63,628 nucleotides of DNA from an uncultured Candidatus Saccharibacteria bacterium (lineage in GTDB: Bacteria > Patescibacteriota > Saccharimonadia > Saccharimonadales > JACDBH01). This document shows positions 54,227 to 62,721 of this stretch, piece by piece. The DNA lies in the NCBI GenBank assembly GCA_964431415.1, contig CAYSJS010000004.1, positions 26,033-89,660 on the forward strand, given 5' to 3'. The notes under the pieces are model-generated. The model was not told the DNA's origin, ran no database searches, and saw only the letters and a program-made list of their open reading frames with translations. The stretch's first letter is position 1. Every line of letters begins with the position of its first letter. Position numbers and translations under genes: made by a program.

Positions 54227-55489
54227 CTAAGCGGCCTTTTCTTGCAATAGTTTTTTTAGTTCTTCTGTCGTGACTAATGTGACATCAGATGAAGTGCGCG
54301 CTTTTACCTCCACCTTTCCTTCGGCAACGGTCTTTTGACTCACTACCACACGATATGGAATACCCAAAAGATCGGCATCGGCAAATTTCTCGCCCGGTCG
54401 AACGTCTCTGTCGTCATACAGGACAGTTACTCCCGCAGACTCCAACTCCTTCGCCAAAGCATCCGCAGCGCTTACCACCGCCTCATCATTCCCTAAAGGT
54501 GCCAGATATACATGAAAAGGCGCGATGTTAAACGGCCATACCAATCCCTTTTCGTCCGAAAGGTGCTCTGCAAGAGCCCCCACGAGACGACTCACCCCTA
54601 TACCGTAACAGCCCGCAATGATTTTCTGCTTATTTCCTTCTTCGTCTGAATAAAAGACACCTAGCGCATCGGTATACTTGCTTTCGAGCGGGAAAATATT
54701 ACCCACTTCGATTGCCCGGAACTCCCGTAATCTTGACTTATCTACGTTCAGTGCTTCAAGACGGGCATCGTTTATGACTTCTTTATTTATTGCAAACTTT
54801 TTGTCTTCATCGACATAGATCGTATCCTCGCCAACCTCACTGAGCATTTGAAACTCATCGCTAAATCGTGGCGTAAAAATACCGCCATCTGCATATGTCC
54901 TGTATGTAATATCGCCAATTCCCAACCGTTCATACACGCACACATAAGCTGCCGCTACTTTTTCATAGATTTCTTCGTGCTGCTGCTGGGTTTTTGAAAA
55001 ACTATACATGTCCTTCATCACAAATTCGCGACCACGCAGCAAGCCCGCTTGGGCCCTTAACTCATTCCTGAATTTAGTTTGTATCTGATACACGAGGATT
55101 GGCAAGTCTTTATAGGAGCTAACATAATTTGACAGCATATCCACAATCGGTTCTTCGTGCGTAAGTCCCATGCCCAGTTCATTCCCGTTTGCCAAGCGCG
55201 TCTTAAACCAGTTATCAACTTTGTTATCATCCCATCTGTCGGTCTTTTCGAAGATGTCTTTTGGCTGGAGAACGGTCATCCGAACCTCCTGACCGCCAAT
55301 CTTGTCCATCTCTTCACGAACAATGCGCTTAATATTCTCTAGCACCCTCAGCCCCAGAGGCATAAAAACATATACGCCGGCCATTTCTTTATGGACAAAT
55401 CCGGCGCGAATTAAAAGCTGTGCGTTTTTGCTTACTTCATCGGCAGGCGCTTCTTTTTTGGTCTTCGTGAATAACTGCGATACACGCAT
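54227..55489 (-). CDS. proS: Proline--tRNA ligase, bacterial-like but lacking the INS editing domain
   Basis: MRVSQLFTKTKKE...AQLLIRAGFV start and class II motifs. It is only 420 aa. AAGGAGA SD. Confidence 0.9.
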   Translation of the reverse strand: MRVSQLFTKTKKEAPADEVSKNAQLLIRAGFVHKEMAGVYVFMPLGLRVLENIKRIVREEMDKIGGQEVRMTVLQPKDIFEKTDRWDDNKVDNWFKTRLANGNELGMGLTHEEPIVDMLSNYVSSYKDLPILVYQIQTKFRNELRAQAGLLRGREFVMKDMYSFSKTQQQHEEIYEKVAAAYVCVYERLGIGDITYRTYADGGIFTPRFSDEFQMLSEVGEDTIYVDEDKKFAINKEVINDARLEALNVDKSRLREFRAIEVGNIFPLESKYTDALGVFYSDEEGNKQKIIAGCYGIGVSRLVGALAEHLSDEKGLVWPFNIAPFHVYLAPLGNDEAVVSAADALAKELESAGVTVLYDDRDVRPGEKFADADLLGIPYRVVVSQKTVAEGKVEVKARTSSDVTLVTTEELKKLLQEKAA

Positions 55490-55520
55490 TAAAATTCTCC
55501 TTGTTTATATTTTACTATAC

Positions 55521-55814
55521 TCACCGGTTATACCGTAGTTTCCATACGGATAATCTTCGGTATAGCCCATCTATTGCTTGGTTTTGCGCAACAATCGTCA
55601 ATTCTTCAAGTAACGCTTCGTCATTTGCCAGAAGCGCTTCTCGTATTACGCCCTTCAGCCCAGGGCATTGTCGTGCCCGTACACCGCTTAATGCCGCATC
55701 CGTTTCAACCTGAGCCTGCGAAAAAACGACATCCGCAACCACATTTCTGTCCTCTTCTGTGAGCATAAACATCCCCTCTATGCGTGTTTTAAGTTCCATC
55801 TTATTCTTCCCCAT
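55521..55814 (-). CDS. Hypothetical protein
   Basis: 97-aa ORF. A hairpin with a U-run abuts the ATG, so the start, and even the coding status, is uncertain. Confidence 0.35.
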   Translation of the reverse strand: MGKNKMELKTRIEGMFMLTEEDRNVVADVVFSQAQVETDAALSGVRARQCPGLKGVIREALLANDEALLEELTIVAQNQAIDGLYRRLSVWKLRYNR

Positions 55815-55845
55815 TTAAAAACCCCTTCTGTTCTAGTGAAGGGGC
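55815..55845 (-). terminator. Hairpin plus U-run downstream of the CPBP protease gene
   Basis: Minus strand GCCCCUUC-ACUAGAACA-GAAGGGG followed by UUUUUAA. Confidence 0.45.
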
Positions 55846-55994
55846 ATCTGATATACGTTTTCAAGTAATAGCAAATAACCCTTAAAAGGGCGGCATCGGG
55901 ATGTAGAAACGTGTTCGATGCGAAATCATGTTCTTTTTATAACACCCTAGGCGAACCATTGCAAGGTGATCTGTCTGCTTAAATATGAAGTTTT

Positions 55995-56789
55995 TTAGAA
56001 GCGTGAATGAAACAGCGCCACAAAGGCGACGCCGTTTTTAATAGCGTGCAGCATTATGCTGGACCAAAGACTGTTTGTCTTTTCGCGGAGATAACAAAGT
56101 ACCACCGACAGCACAAACGTGTCGATTGCCGCCACCCAGAGAAGCGGAGCGCCGCTTCCAAACTGCAGGTGTGCTATGCCGAATAATATACTGGTCAGCA
56201 CAGCCGCAACACGAAAACGGTACTTTTGACGGAGTGAACTAAACAAAAAGCCTCTGAACATAATTTCCTCGGCAATGGGCGGCAAGACAACAAGCGACAA
56301 AAAGACGTACCATAACTGTGCGCCACTTGCTCCATCAAACCCAATTTGCTGTGGCTGGTCGACATCAATCAACGTACTCATTCGTGACGCCACCACTATG
56401 ATGACTATATAAACCGCAAAATATGCTGCATAACCGGCAAACGCATAGATAATATCCATAGCATGCGGCCGTATAATGCCTATCTTTGCCTTATCAACCC
56501 GCGCACGCTTTAGTAGATTGAAGACAAGCCAAACTGCAAAAACCTCCGCTAATAGAATATATATAAACTGTGCTATTGCAGATGTTTCAAGCCAGGTACT
56601 CCCCTGGTCTGCTGTCCGGTTTTTAAGTGAAGGGTATAGTGAAATAAGTATGCCGGCAGCAAGCTGGCTTAGCAGAAATACACCCAAAATCAGTAATACA
56701 CTTGTAACCGGGTCGTGTTTATAGAACGGTCGTCTTGTATCTTGCTTCTTTTTGATGGTATCTACTATTTTATTCATGCCGTACTTCAC
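55995..56789 (-). CDS. CPBP-family intramembrane glutamic endopeptidase (CAAX protease-like)
   Basis: EEIMFRGFLF and FGIAHL motifs in a multi-TM protein. Confidence 0.8.
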   Translation of the reverse strand: MKYGMNKIVDTIKKKQDTRRPFYKHDPVTSVLLILGVFLLSQLAAGILISLYPSLKNRTADQGSTWLETSAIAQFIYILLAEVFAVWLVFNLLKRARVDKAKIGIIRPHAMDIIYAFAGYAAYFAVYIVIIVVASRMSTLIDVDQPQQIGFDGASGAQLWYVFLSLVVLPPIAEEIMFRGFLFSSLRQKYRFRVAAVLTSILFGIAHLQFGSGAPLLWVAAIDTFVLSVVLCYLREKTNSLWSSIMLHAIKNGVAFVALFHSRF

Positions 56790-56826
56790 GTTTCAATATA
56801 CCATTTCTTGAGACCACAATATGTTT

Positions 56827-57972
56827 TTAGAAAAATCTGCGTACATCGACTACGGTTATTACCAGGAATAGGAGCATCAGCACTGCAAAGCCCGTGCCAT
56901 GAATCCGCTCTTCGACATTTGGCTTTAGTTCTTTCTTGAGCCCCCGGTATATAAGCATTACAAACAGCCTGCCGCCGTCAAGTGCCGGTATTGGCAGTAC
57001 GTTCATGATTGCAAGCGTGAGTGAAATCACCGCTATCACGAATAGAACCAAACCAAAGCCTTGCTTTGAAATCTCATATAGTACAGTAAAGATGCCGACC
57101 GGTCCCGAGACCTGACTGCTTGCCACTTCTTGACCGGCTTGCCGAGCCTCTCTGTTGCCCGTAAAGAAGCCGGCGATCGTTGAGCCCAAGCCCTTGAGCG
57201 CACTACCCAAGCCCTTAAATGTAGCTACCGTAAAGTCCTTCATGACACCAACGGCCACTACCGGCGCCGACCAGGTTGAGCGGCGGATTTCGAGCCCCTT
57301 TTCGGCTGAATACGGCGCTACACCAAGATGCGGCGAGGATTCGCGGAGCGCTACCGCGTACGTCTTCCATCGTCCTTCATGTTCGATCACCACGGGCACG
57401 GTTCTGCCGGCGCTCTCACTCGTCGCCCTGGAGAGCGCGGCGGGCTTGTCTATTGTCACGCCATCTACAGAAATGATGCGGTCATCTTTTTTGAACCCTG
57501 CTTCAGCGGCAGGCGAACCATCTATGACTCGGTCAATTTTAACGACGCCCTTATTTTCGACTTGTTTAATAATCTTAGTGTCACTGGCGACGGTATATTG
57601 TGTATCCAGCAGCTTCGGCATGCCCATGAGCGCCACTACCGTGAACAACAAAAAGGCAGCGATAAGGTTAGCACCTACACCGGCAAGCATAATTTTTGTT
57701 TTAGCACATGTTGAGGCCGCTCCGAACGTACCCTTTTCTGTGTCCGAGTCGTGCTCGCCCTTAAGCTTTACAAAACCGCCAAGCGGCAGCCAGTTGAGCG
57801 TATACACTGTGCCTTTGCGCTTCGCAAGAACTTTAGCACGCGGCGGAAAGCCAACGCCGAACTCTTCAACTTCTACTCCGTTACGCCGCGCATATATAAA
57901 ATGCCCAAACTCATGAAACACCACAAGACCAATAAAGAGTAATAACCCGAGTACAAAGTAAAAAATAGCCAT
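56827..57972 (-). CDS. rseP: Site-2 protease RseP (M50) with PDZ domain
   Basis: HEFGHFIYARRNG (HExxH), a PDZ (GSPAAEAGFKKDDRIISVDG) and NVLPIPALDGG. TATACT lies 8 nt upstream of the ATG. Confidence 0.9.
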   Translation of the reverse strand: MAIFYFVLGLLLFIGLVVFHEFGHFIYARRNGVEVEEFGVGFPPRAKVLAKRKGTVYTLNWLPLGGFVKLKGEHDSDTEKGTFGAASTCAKTKIMLAGVGANLIAAFLLFTVVALMGMPKLLDTQYTVASDTKIIKQVENKGVVKIDRVIDGSPAAEAGFKKDDRIISVDGVTIDKPAALSRATSESAGRTVPVVIEHEGRWKTYAVALRESSPHLGVAPYSAEKGLEIRRSTWSAPVVAVGVMKDFTVATFKGLGSALKGLGSTIAGFFTGNREARQAGQEVASSQVSGPVGIFTVLYEISKQGFGLVLFVIAVISLTLAIMNVLPIPALDGGRLFVMLIYRGLKKELKPNVEERIHGTGFAVLMLLFLVITVVDVRRFF

Positions 57973-58127
57973 ATCCGTTTAGTATACAAGGTTATAGTTC
58001 ATAGGCGCTAGGTTTTAGTAGAGTTTTTATAATAAGAAATTAAAAACTGAACCACCTGCATCTTGTCATTTTTGAATCGGAACTTATCTACACGAAATAC
58101 TAGATACGCTATGCCAAATGCGATCCC

Positions 58128-58691
58128 TTACACCTTCATTACTTCAGCTTCTTTGGCGGAAGCGAGTGTATCTGTTTGCGTCTTGTATTTACTCATCATG
58201 TCCTCTATTTGAGCCTGGAGACGCTTTGCCTCATCTTCGGATACGGCCTTGTCTTTTTTTGCAGCGTCTATAGCATCCATAGCATCGCGCCGTACACTGC
58301 GCATTGCGATCATACAGTCTTCTACTTTTCCGCCAAGCTGCTTTACAATTTCGCGGCGACGCTCTTCTGTTAATGCAGGTATAGGCACTCGGACCACCCG
58401 TCCATCGTCACTCGGATTAAGTCCAAGGCTCGGATTGTCGCGTATCGCCGTAGAAATCGCTTGAATATTTCCTGGGTCAAACGGAGTAATTTGGAGCAAC
58501 TGCGCCTCTGGAGCGGTTACATTACCTACCTGGATAAGCGGCATAGATGCGCCGTAAGCACTCACCATCACCCCGTCAAGCATGCCCGGGTGCGCACGGC
58601 CGGTTCTAATTTTCTTAAGCTCTTCTTCAAAGTGCGCGAGGGCGCTTTTGAATTTTGATTCGGACTCCGAAAGAATTTGTGATGGCTGCAT
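58128..58691 (-). CDS. frr: Ribosome recycling factor
   Basis: FEEELKKIRTGRAHPGMLDGV...RVPIPALTEERRRE. Confidence 0.95.
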   Translation of the reverse strand: MQPSQILSESESKFKSALAHFEEELKKIRTGRAHPGMLDGVMVSAYGASMPLIQVGNVTAPEAQLLQITPFDPGNIQAISTAIRDNPSLGLNPSDDGRVVRVPIPALTEERRREIVKQLGGKVEDCMIAMRSVRRDAMDAIDAAKKDKAVSEDEAKRLQAQIEDMMSKYKTQTDTLASAKEAEVMKV

Positions 58692-58786
58692 ACGTTCACC
58701 TGTTTAATATCACTTTTATAGTAGCACTTTTTAAGGTTTTTTGCCCTTCAAGCGCCTACGAGTTGTTTACCTCGTGCAAGGATATC

Positions 58787-59107
58787 TTAGACTATATCTT
58801 GAACAATGCGGACTTTATCCGGGTCAAAGGGCGGCACACAGGTTGCTTCCATAACCATATTACCCATATCGGCATAAATGGTGCCACGAGGTACATGCAC
58901 TTCGCTGCCCGCTTCGACGGGGATCACGACCAGCTCGAGTGTGTCTCTCTTAAGCATTCTAAACACGCCTCTGCCTTCAAGTACCCGATATGTAGTATCG
59001 GAACCAAAATTTTCGACAGCGGGCCCAATACCCTGCAGCATAACACGCGCCACCGACTTCTCAGCATCTACACTGATGGGCTGCACTTCAAAGATATTCT
59101 CAGACAT
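58787..59107 (-). CDS. Small cupin-fold-like protein
   Basis: 106 aa with beta-rich YRVLEGRGVF...VHVPRGTIYADMG. It occupies the slot where pyrH usually lies. Confidence 0.45.
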   Translation of the reverse strand: MSENIFEVQPISVDAEKSVARVMLQGIGPAVENFGSDTTYRVLEGRGVFRMLKRDTLELVVIPVEAGSEVHVPRGTIYADMGNMVMEATCVPPFDPDKVRIVQDIV

Positions 59108-59139
59108 TTACTATACTTCACCGTTTGCTTAAGGGCTCT

Positions 59140-59733
59140 TTAGGCAACTTCACCTAAACCAATACGGGCAAATTTGCGCACCACAACGTTTTCGCCCAAG
59201 CGAGCGCCATGTTCTTTAACATACTGCCCAACAGTGATGTCAGGGTTTTTAACATATGGCTGGTCAAGCAGGCACTTCTCCGCAAAATGCTTCTTAAGCA
59301 TGCCGTTCACAATGTTTTCGATCATGTTTTCAGGCTTGCCTTCAGCCCTAACCTTTTCGGTAAATTCCTTGCGCGCTGCTTCTTGTACGTCTTCAGGGAT
59401 GTTATCTGCAGAAACAAATTCTGGGTTGCTGGCAGCAATGTGCATCGCGACGTCTTTGACGAGGTTAACGAATATTTCGTTGCGAGCTACAAAGTCGGTT
59501 TCGCAGTTAATCTCTACGAGCACACCGATACGTCCATCGTGGTTATATGTGCCCACCAAGCCCTGGCGCGCTTCGCGTTCACCGCGCTTGTCGGCTTTGG
59601 TCATACCTTTTTTACGCATTTCTTCGAGCGCTTTGTCGAAGTCGCCATTGGCTGCCTCGAGCGCTTGCTTAGCGTCGGTCAATCCAACACCAGTTAGATC
59701 TTTTAGTCTCTTAATTTCTTCAATTGATACCAT
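59140..59733 (-). CDS. tsf: Elongation factor Ts (short form)
   Basis: IKRLKDLTGVGLTDAKQALEAANGDFDKALEEMRKKG UBA-like N-terminus and VEINCETDFVARNE. Confidence 0.9.
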   Translation of the reverse strand: MVSIEEIKRLKDLTGVGLTDAKQALEAANGDFDKALEEMRKKGMTKADKRGEREARQGLVGTYNHDGRIGVLVEINCETDFVARNEIFVNLVKDVAMHIAASNPEFVSADNIPEDVQEAARKEFTEKVRAEGKPENMIENIVNGMLKKHFAEKCLLDQPYVKNPDITVGQYVKEHGARLGENVVVRKFARIGLGEVA

Positions 59734-59734
59734 A

Positions 59735-59965
59735 TTAATTATTACCTTTCGTTTGATCAGCTAATTTTTCTACTTGTTTGGCAGTATCGACTATGCCTGG
59801 ATATTTTTCGCCCCTAGTTATTGCATCCAGTATGGCAAATGATGCAGCATCCTGGGCCAATTCTTCTGCAGTTGCCCCGGGGTTAATTGCCCGGAATTCA
59901 CCGCTCATAAATAATTCGAGCGCTTCGTGCATTATTCTTTCCGAGGGAATATCACCCTGGCTCAT
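59735..59965 (-). CDS. 76-aa hypothetical protein inserted between rpsB and tsf
   Basis: ATG 59965 lies 1 nt after the rpsB stop, and its stop lies 1 nt before the tsf ATG. The longer track ORF (to 60127) is an out-of-frame overlap with rpsB. Confidence 0.45.
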   Translation of the reverse strand: MSQGDIPSERIMHEALELFMSGEFRAINPGATAEELAQDAASFAILDAITRGEKYPGIVDTAKQVEKLADQTKGNN

Positions 59966-59966
59966 T

Positions 59967-60701
59967 TTATTTTTCTTCTTTAACTGCTTCGGTTTTGTCG
60001 GCTGGCTTTGCACCTTTAGCGCGGCCAGTTTCGATTGCCTGCTTGACGTAGCCGGCGATGAGCTGGAGTGTCTTAATTGCGTCATCATTGCTTGGGATTG
60101 GGTACGTGACAGCGCTTGGATCTGCATTGCTGTCGCACAGAGCGATCACCGGCACACCAAGCTTAGTCGCTTCCAGCACCGCGTTTTTGTCTTCGGTTGG
60201 GTCAAATACAAAAACTGCGCCGAGTTTTGCATGCATTTCTTTAATACCGCCGTATTGGTGGTTCATAAAGTCTATTTCTTCTTGGTAGCGCTGCACCTCG
60301 AGCTTGTTGTACTTATTTGCCAGCTCGCCGCTCGCCATGCGTGCTTCAAGCTCTTTTAGATGCTTGATACGAACATTGATCGTATTGTAGTTCGTGAGCA
60401 TTCCACCGAGCCAACGCTCAACAACGTAGGGCATCTTGGTTTCTTCTGCCAGTTCTTTTGCAATGTCGTGTGCCTGGCGCTTGGTGCCTACAATCAGAAT
60501 CTGCTTACCGGTAGCTGCGGTTTTTTCGATAAAAGCCAACGCTTCTTCGAGCTTCTCGACCGTTTTTGTAAGGTCAATAATGTGGCTGCCATTACGCTTA
60601 GAGTGAATGTACGGTGCCATTTTTGGATGCCAACGGCTTGTTTTGTGACCAAAGTGCGCGCCAGCGTTTAATAACTCTTTAATGTCTACTTCTGTAGCCA
60701 T
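59967..60701 (-). CDS. rpsB: 30S ribosomal protein S2
   Basis: LLNAGAHFGHKTSRWHPKMAPYI. AAGGAG SD 8 nt upstream of ATG 60701. Confidence 0.95.
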   Translation of the reverse strand: MATEVDIKELLNAGAHFGHKTSRWHPKMAPYIHSKRNGSHIIDLTKTVEKLEEALAFIEKTAATGKQILIVGTKRQAHDIAKELAEETKMPYVVERWLGGMLTNYNTINVRIKHLKELEARMASGELANKYNKLEVQRYQEEIDFMNHQYGGIKEMHAKLGAVFVFDPTEDKNAVLEATKLGVPVIALCDSNADPSAVTYPIPSNDDAIKTLQLIAGYVKQAIETGRAKGAKPADKTEAVKEEK

Positions 60702-60852
60702 AGTCGTGAACTCCTTGTTCTTCGGTACGGTGCTAACCCGATTGGTCCTGCATGGATACAATCAGGAGGATTCTTGCTCCGCCCTGTTTAATTTATTACC
60801 CAGTTATTCTAACAGAGGTACTGATTTTATGCAAGCTCCACTCTGGCGTGGC

Positions 60853-61134
60853 TCATATGCTTCTATGTGTGTGCGTTCGGTCAAACCGAGTTAAGGTACC
60901 GCGCCGCTGCGCCCGATTTGGGCCTAGTCCTATAAGATCAGTACCTATGACAACTTCGTTATCTTTGGTGGGCCGGTCTTCCTTTATGTAGCCGACCGGC
61001 TGTGCCGGCGCAACGTCTGGTAAGACATTGCGTACTACCACATCTTCTGCAAGGGCCGCCCCTCCTAAACTTGCGCTAAGCAAGAATGCTGCTGTTACAG
61101 TAACTTCTGAAATTGGTGACCGCTCGCCGCCCAT
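60853..61134 (-). CDS. Possible small secreted protein
   Basis: 93-aa ORF with a signal-like VTVTAAFLLSASLGGAALA and an AGGGG SD-like element 9 nt upstream. No homology recognised. Confidence 0.3.
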   Translation of the reverse strand: MGGERSPISEVTVTAAFLLSASLGGAALAEDVVVRNVLPDVAPAQPVGYIKEDRPTKDNEVVIGTDLIGLGPNRAQRRGTLTRFDRTHTHRSI

Positions 61135-61209
61135 ATCTTTTTACCCCTTTGCTTCTGGTTGCTATTCGTTTCAATATACCTCGCTTGTCGGCAAATGCAA
61201 AGACTCCTG

Positions 61210-61239
61210 TTGACCAGATCACTACAGATACGGTATAAT
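61210..61239 (+). promoter_or_regulatory. Near-consensus promoter TTGACC-18-TATAAT directly abutting the rpmE ATG
   Basis: TTGACC 61210-61215 and TATAAT 61234-61239, with the ATG at 61248 (8-nt gap, no SD). Confidence 0.5.
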
Positions 61240-61247
61240 AGGCCGAT

Positions 61248-61586
61248 ATGAAGAAAAACCTCCACCACAAAGACTACCGCACGGTCGTATTCGAAGACCT
61301 CAACGACGGCACGCGTATTTTGACGCGCTCAACCGTTGCTGCCGAAGAAACCATCAAATGGGAAGACGGCAACGAATATCCACTCGTTAAAGTTCATATT
61401 TCCAGCAGTTCACACCCCTTCTTTACCGGCCAAGAAAAGCTTGTCGACATTGAAGGCCGCGTTGATCGCTTTAAGGCCCGCACCGAAGCTGCAAAGGCAG
61501 CTCGCGAAGCAAAGCAAGCCAAGAAGCCCCGCAAGAGTGCTGAAGCCCCACAAAAATTGGGTGCTGCCCCCGCTAAAGAAGCCTAG
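61248..61586 (+). CDS. rpmE: 50S ribosomal protein L31, type B (Cys-less) with Lys/Ala-rich C-terminal extension
   Basis: [11 protein letters not shown]...STV...[16 protein letters not shown] (CxxC replaced by Ser), plus a tail [23 protein letters not shown]. Confidence 0.85.
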   Translation: MKKNLHHKDYRTVVFEDLNDGTRILTRSTVAAEETIKWEDGNEYPLVKVHISSSSHPFFTGQEKLVDIEGRVDRFKARTEAAKAAREAKQAKKPRKSAEAPQKLGAAPAKEA

Positions 61587-61600
61587 CTACGTTTTAAACT

Positions 61601-61640
61601 AAGCCGTCGTTCTAACACATACTAGAATGGCGGCTTTTTG
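61601..61640 (+). terminator. Intrinsic terminator after rpmE
   Basis: AAGCCGTC...GGCGGCTT stem (8 bp including wobble, 20-nt loop) followed by TTTTG. Confidence 0.5.
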
Positions 61641-61664
61641 TATATACTTTAAAAGGTAAACAAT

Positions 61665-62720
61665 ATGGAAGAACGCACAGCAACATATCAAAACGAACTC
61701 AGTACCTTGCAGGCCGAGCAACAGGATCCTGGTTTTTATACACGCCCCGATTATGCCAAAGTCGCGAAGCGCATAAGTCAGCTGGAAGAAATTATAGAAG
61801 TTATAAATACGCGTAACATAACCCAACAACGTATTCATGAAGCCGAAGAGCTTGCAAAAGGAAACGACGAGTTAGCAATGCTTGCCCAAGAAGAGCTTGA
61901 GGTAGAACGCTCAAGGTTTGCTGAATTAGAGATTACACTAAACGAACTCTTGACCCCAAAGGACCCAAATGACGAACGAAACGCTATAGTCGAAATCCGT
62001 GCTGCAGCCGGCGGAGACGAATCAAGCCTATTTGCGGCCGAACTATACCGAATGTACATGCGCTACTGCGAAACGCACGGCTTTAAAACAGAGCTGCTGG
62101 ACGAAAGCCCGTCTGAAGCGGGCGGCTTTAAGGAAATAAGCTTTATGATAAAAGGCCTTGACGCATACGGCACCTTTAAGTTCGAAGCGGGCGTGCACCG
62201 CGTGCAGCGCGTGCCCGTTACCGAAAGCCAAGGACGAATCCATACCAGCACCACCACCGTCGCCATTTTGCCAGAGGCCGAAGAAAACGATATTGAGATA
62301 AAAGACTCAGATCTCCGTGTCGACGTGTACCGCTCTGGAGGCAATGGCGGTCAGAGCGTAAACACCACCGACTCTGCCGTTCGCATAACGCACCTGCCCA
62401 CCGGCTTAGTAGTTGCCAACCAGGATGAAAAATCACAGATCAAAAACAAAGCAAAGGCGCTCAGTATTCTGCGATCTCGACTGCTCCAAATAAAGATCGA
62501 TGAAGAAAACGCTAAACTCTCTGCTCAGCGTAAAAGCCTTATCGGCTCTGGCGACCGGAGCGAAAAGATTCGTACCTATAACTTCCCGCAGGACCGCATT
62601 ACCGACCACCGGATCGGCTACAGCCGCAGTAACATACCAGGAGCCATGGCCGGTAATATAGATGACCTTATAGAAGAACTGCACAAAGCCGAGCACGAAC
62701 TCCTTAACCAGGAGACTTAG
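61665..62720 (+). CDS. prfA: Peptide chain release factor 1
   Basis: PVT tripeptide (RVPVTESQGRIHTS) and GGQ (SGGNGGQSVNTTDSAVRITH). Confidence 0.95.
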   Translation: MEERTATYQNELSTLQAEQQDPGFYTRPDYAKVAKRISQLEEIIEVINTRNITQQRIHEAEELAKGNDELAMLAQEELEVERSRFAELEITLNELLTPKDPNDERNAIVEIRAAAGGDESSLFAAELYRMYMRYCETHGFKTELLDESPSEAGGFKEISFMIKGLDAYGTFKFEAGVHRVQRVPVTESQGRIHTSTTTVAILPEAEENDIEIKDSDLRVDVYRSGGNGGQSVNTTDSAVRITHLPTGLVVANQDEKSQIKNKAKALSILRSRLLQIKIDEENAKLSAQRKSLIGSGDRSEKIRTYNFPQDRITDHRIGYSRSNIPGAMAGNIDDLIEELHKAEHELLNQET

Positions 62721-62721
62721 T

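Noticed and set aside
59966-60127. N-terminal 54 codons of track ORF 59735-60127.
   Set aside because: This part overlaps the 3' end of rpsB out of frame and is Ser/Gln/Lys low-complexity. The internal ATG at 59965, 1 nt after the rpsB stop, gives a sensible coupled 76-aa ORF.
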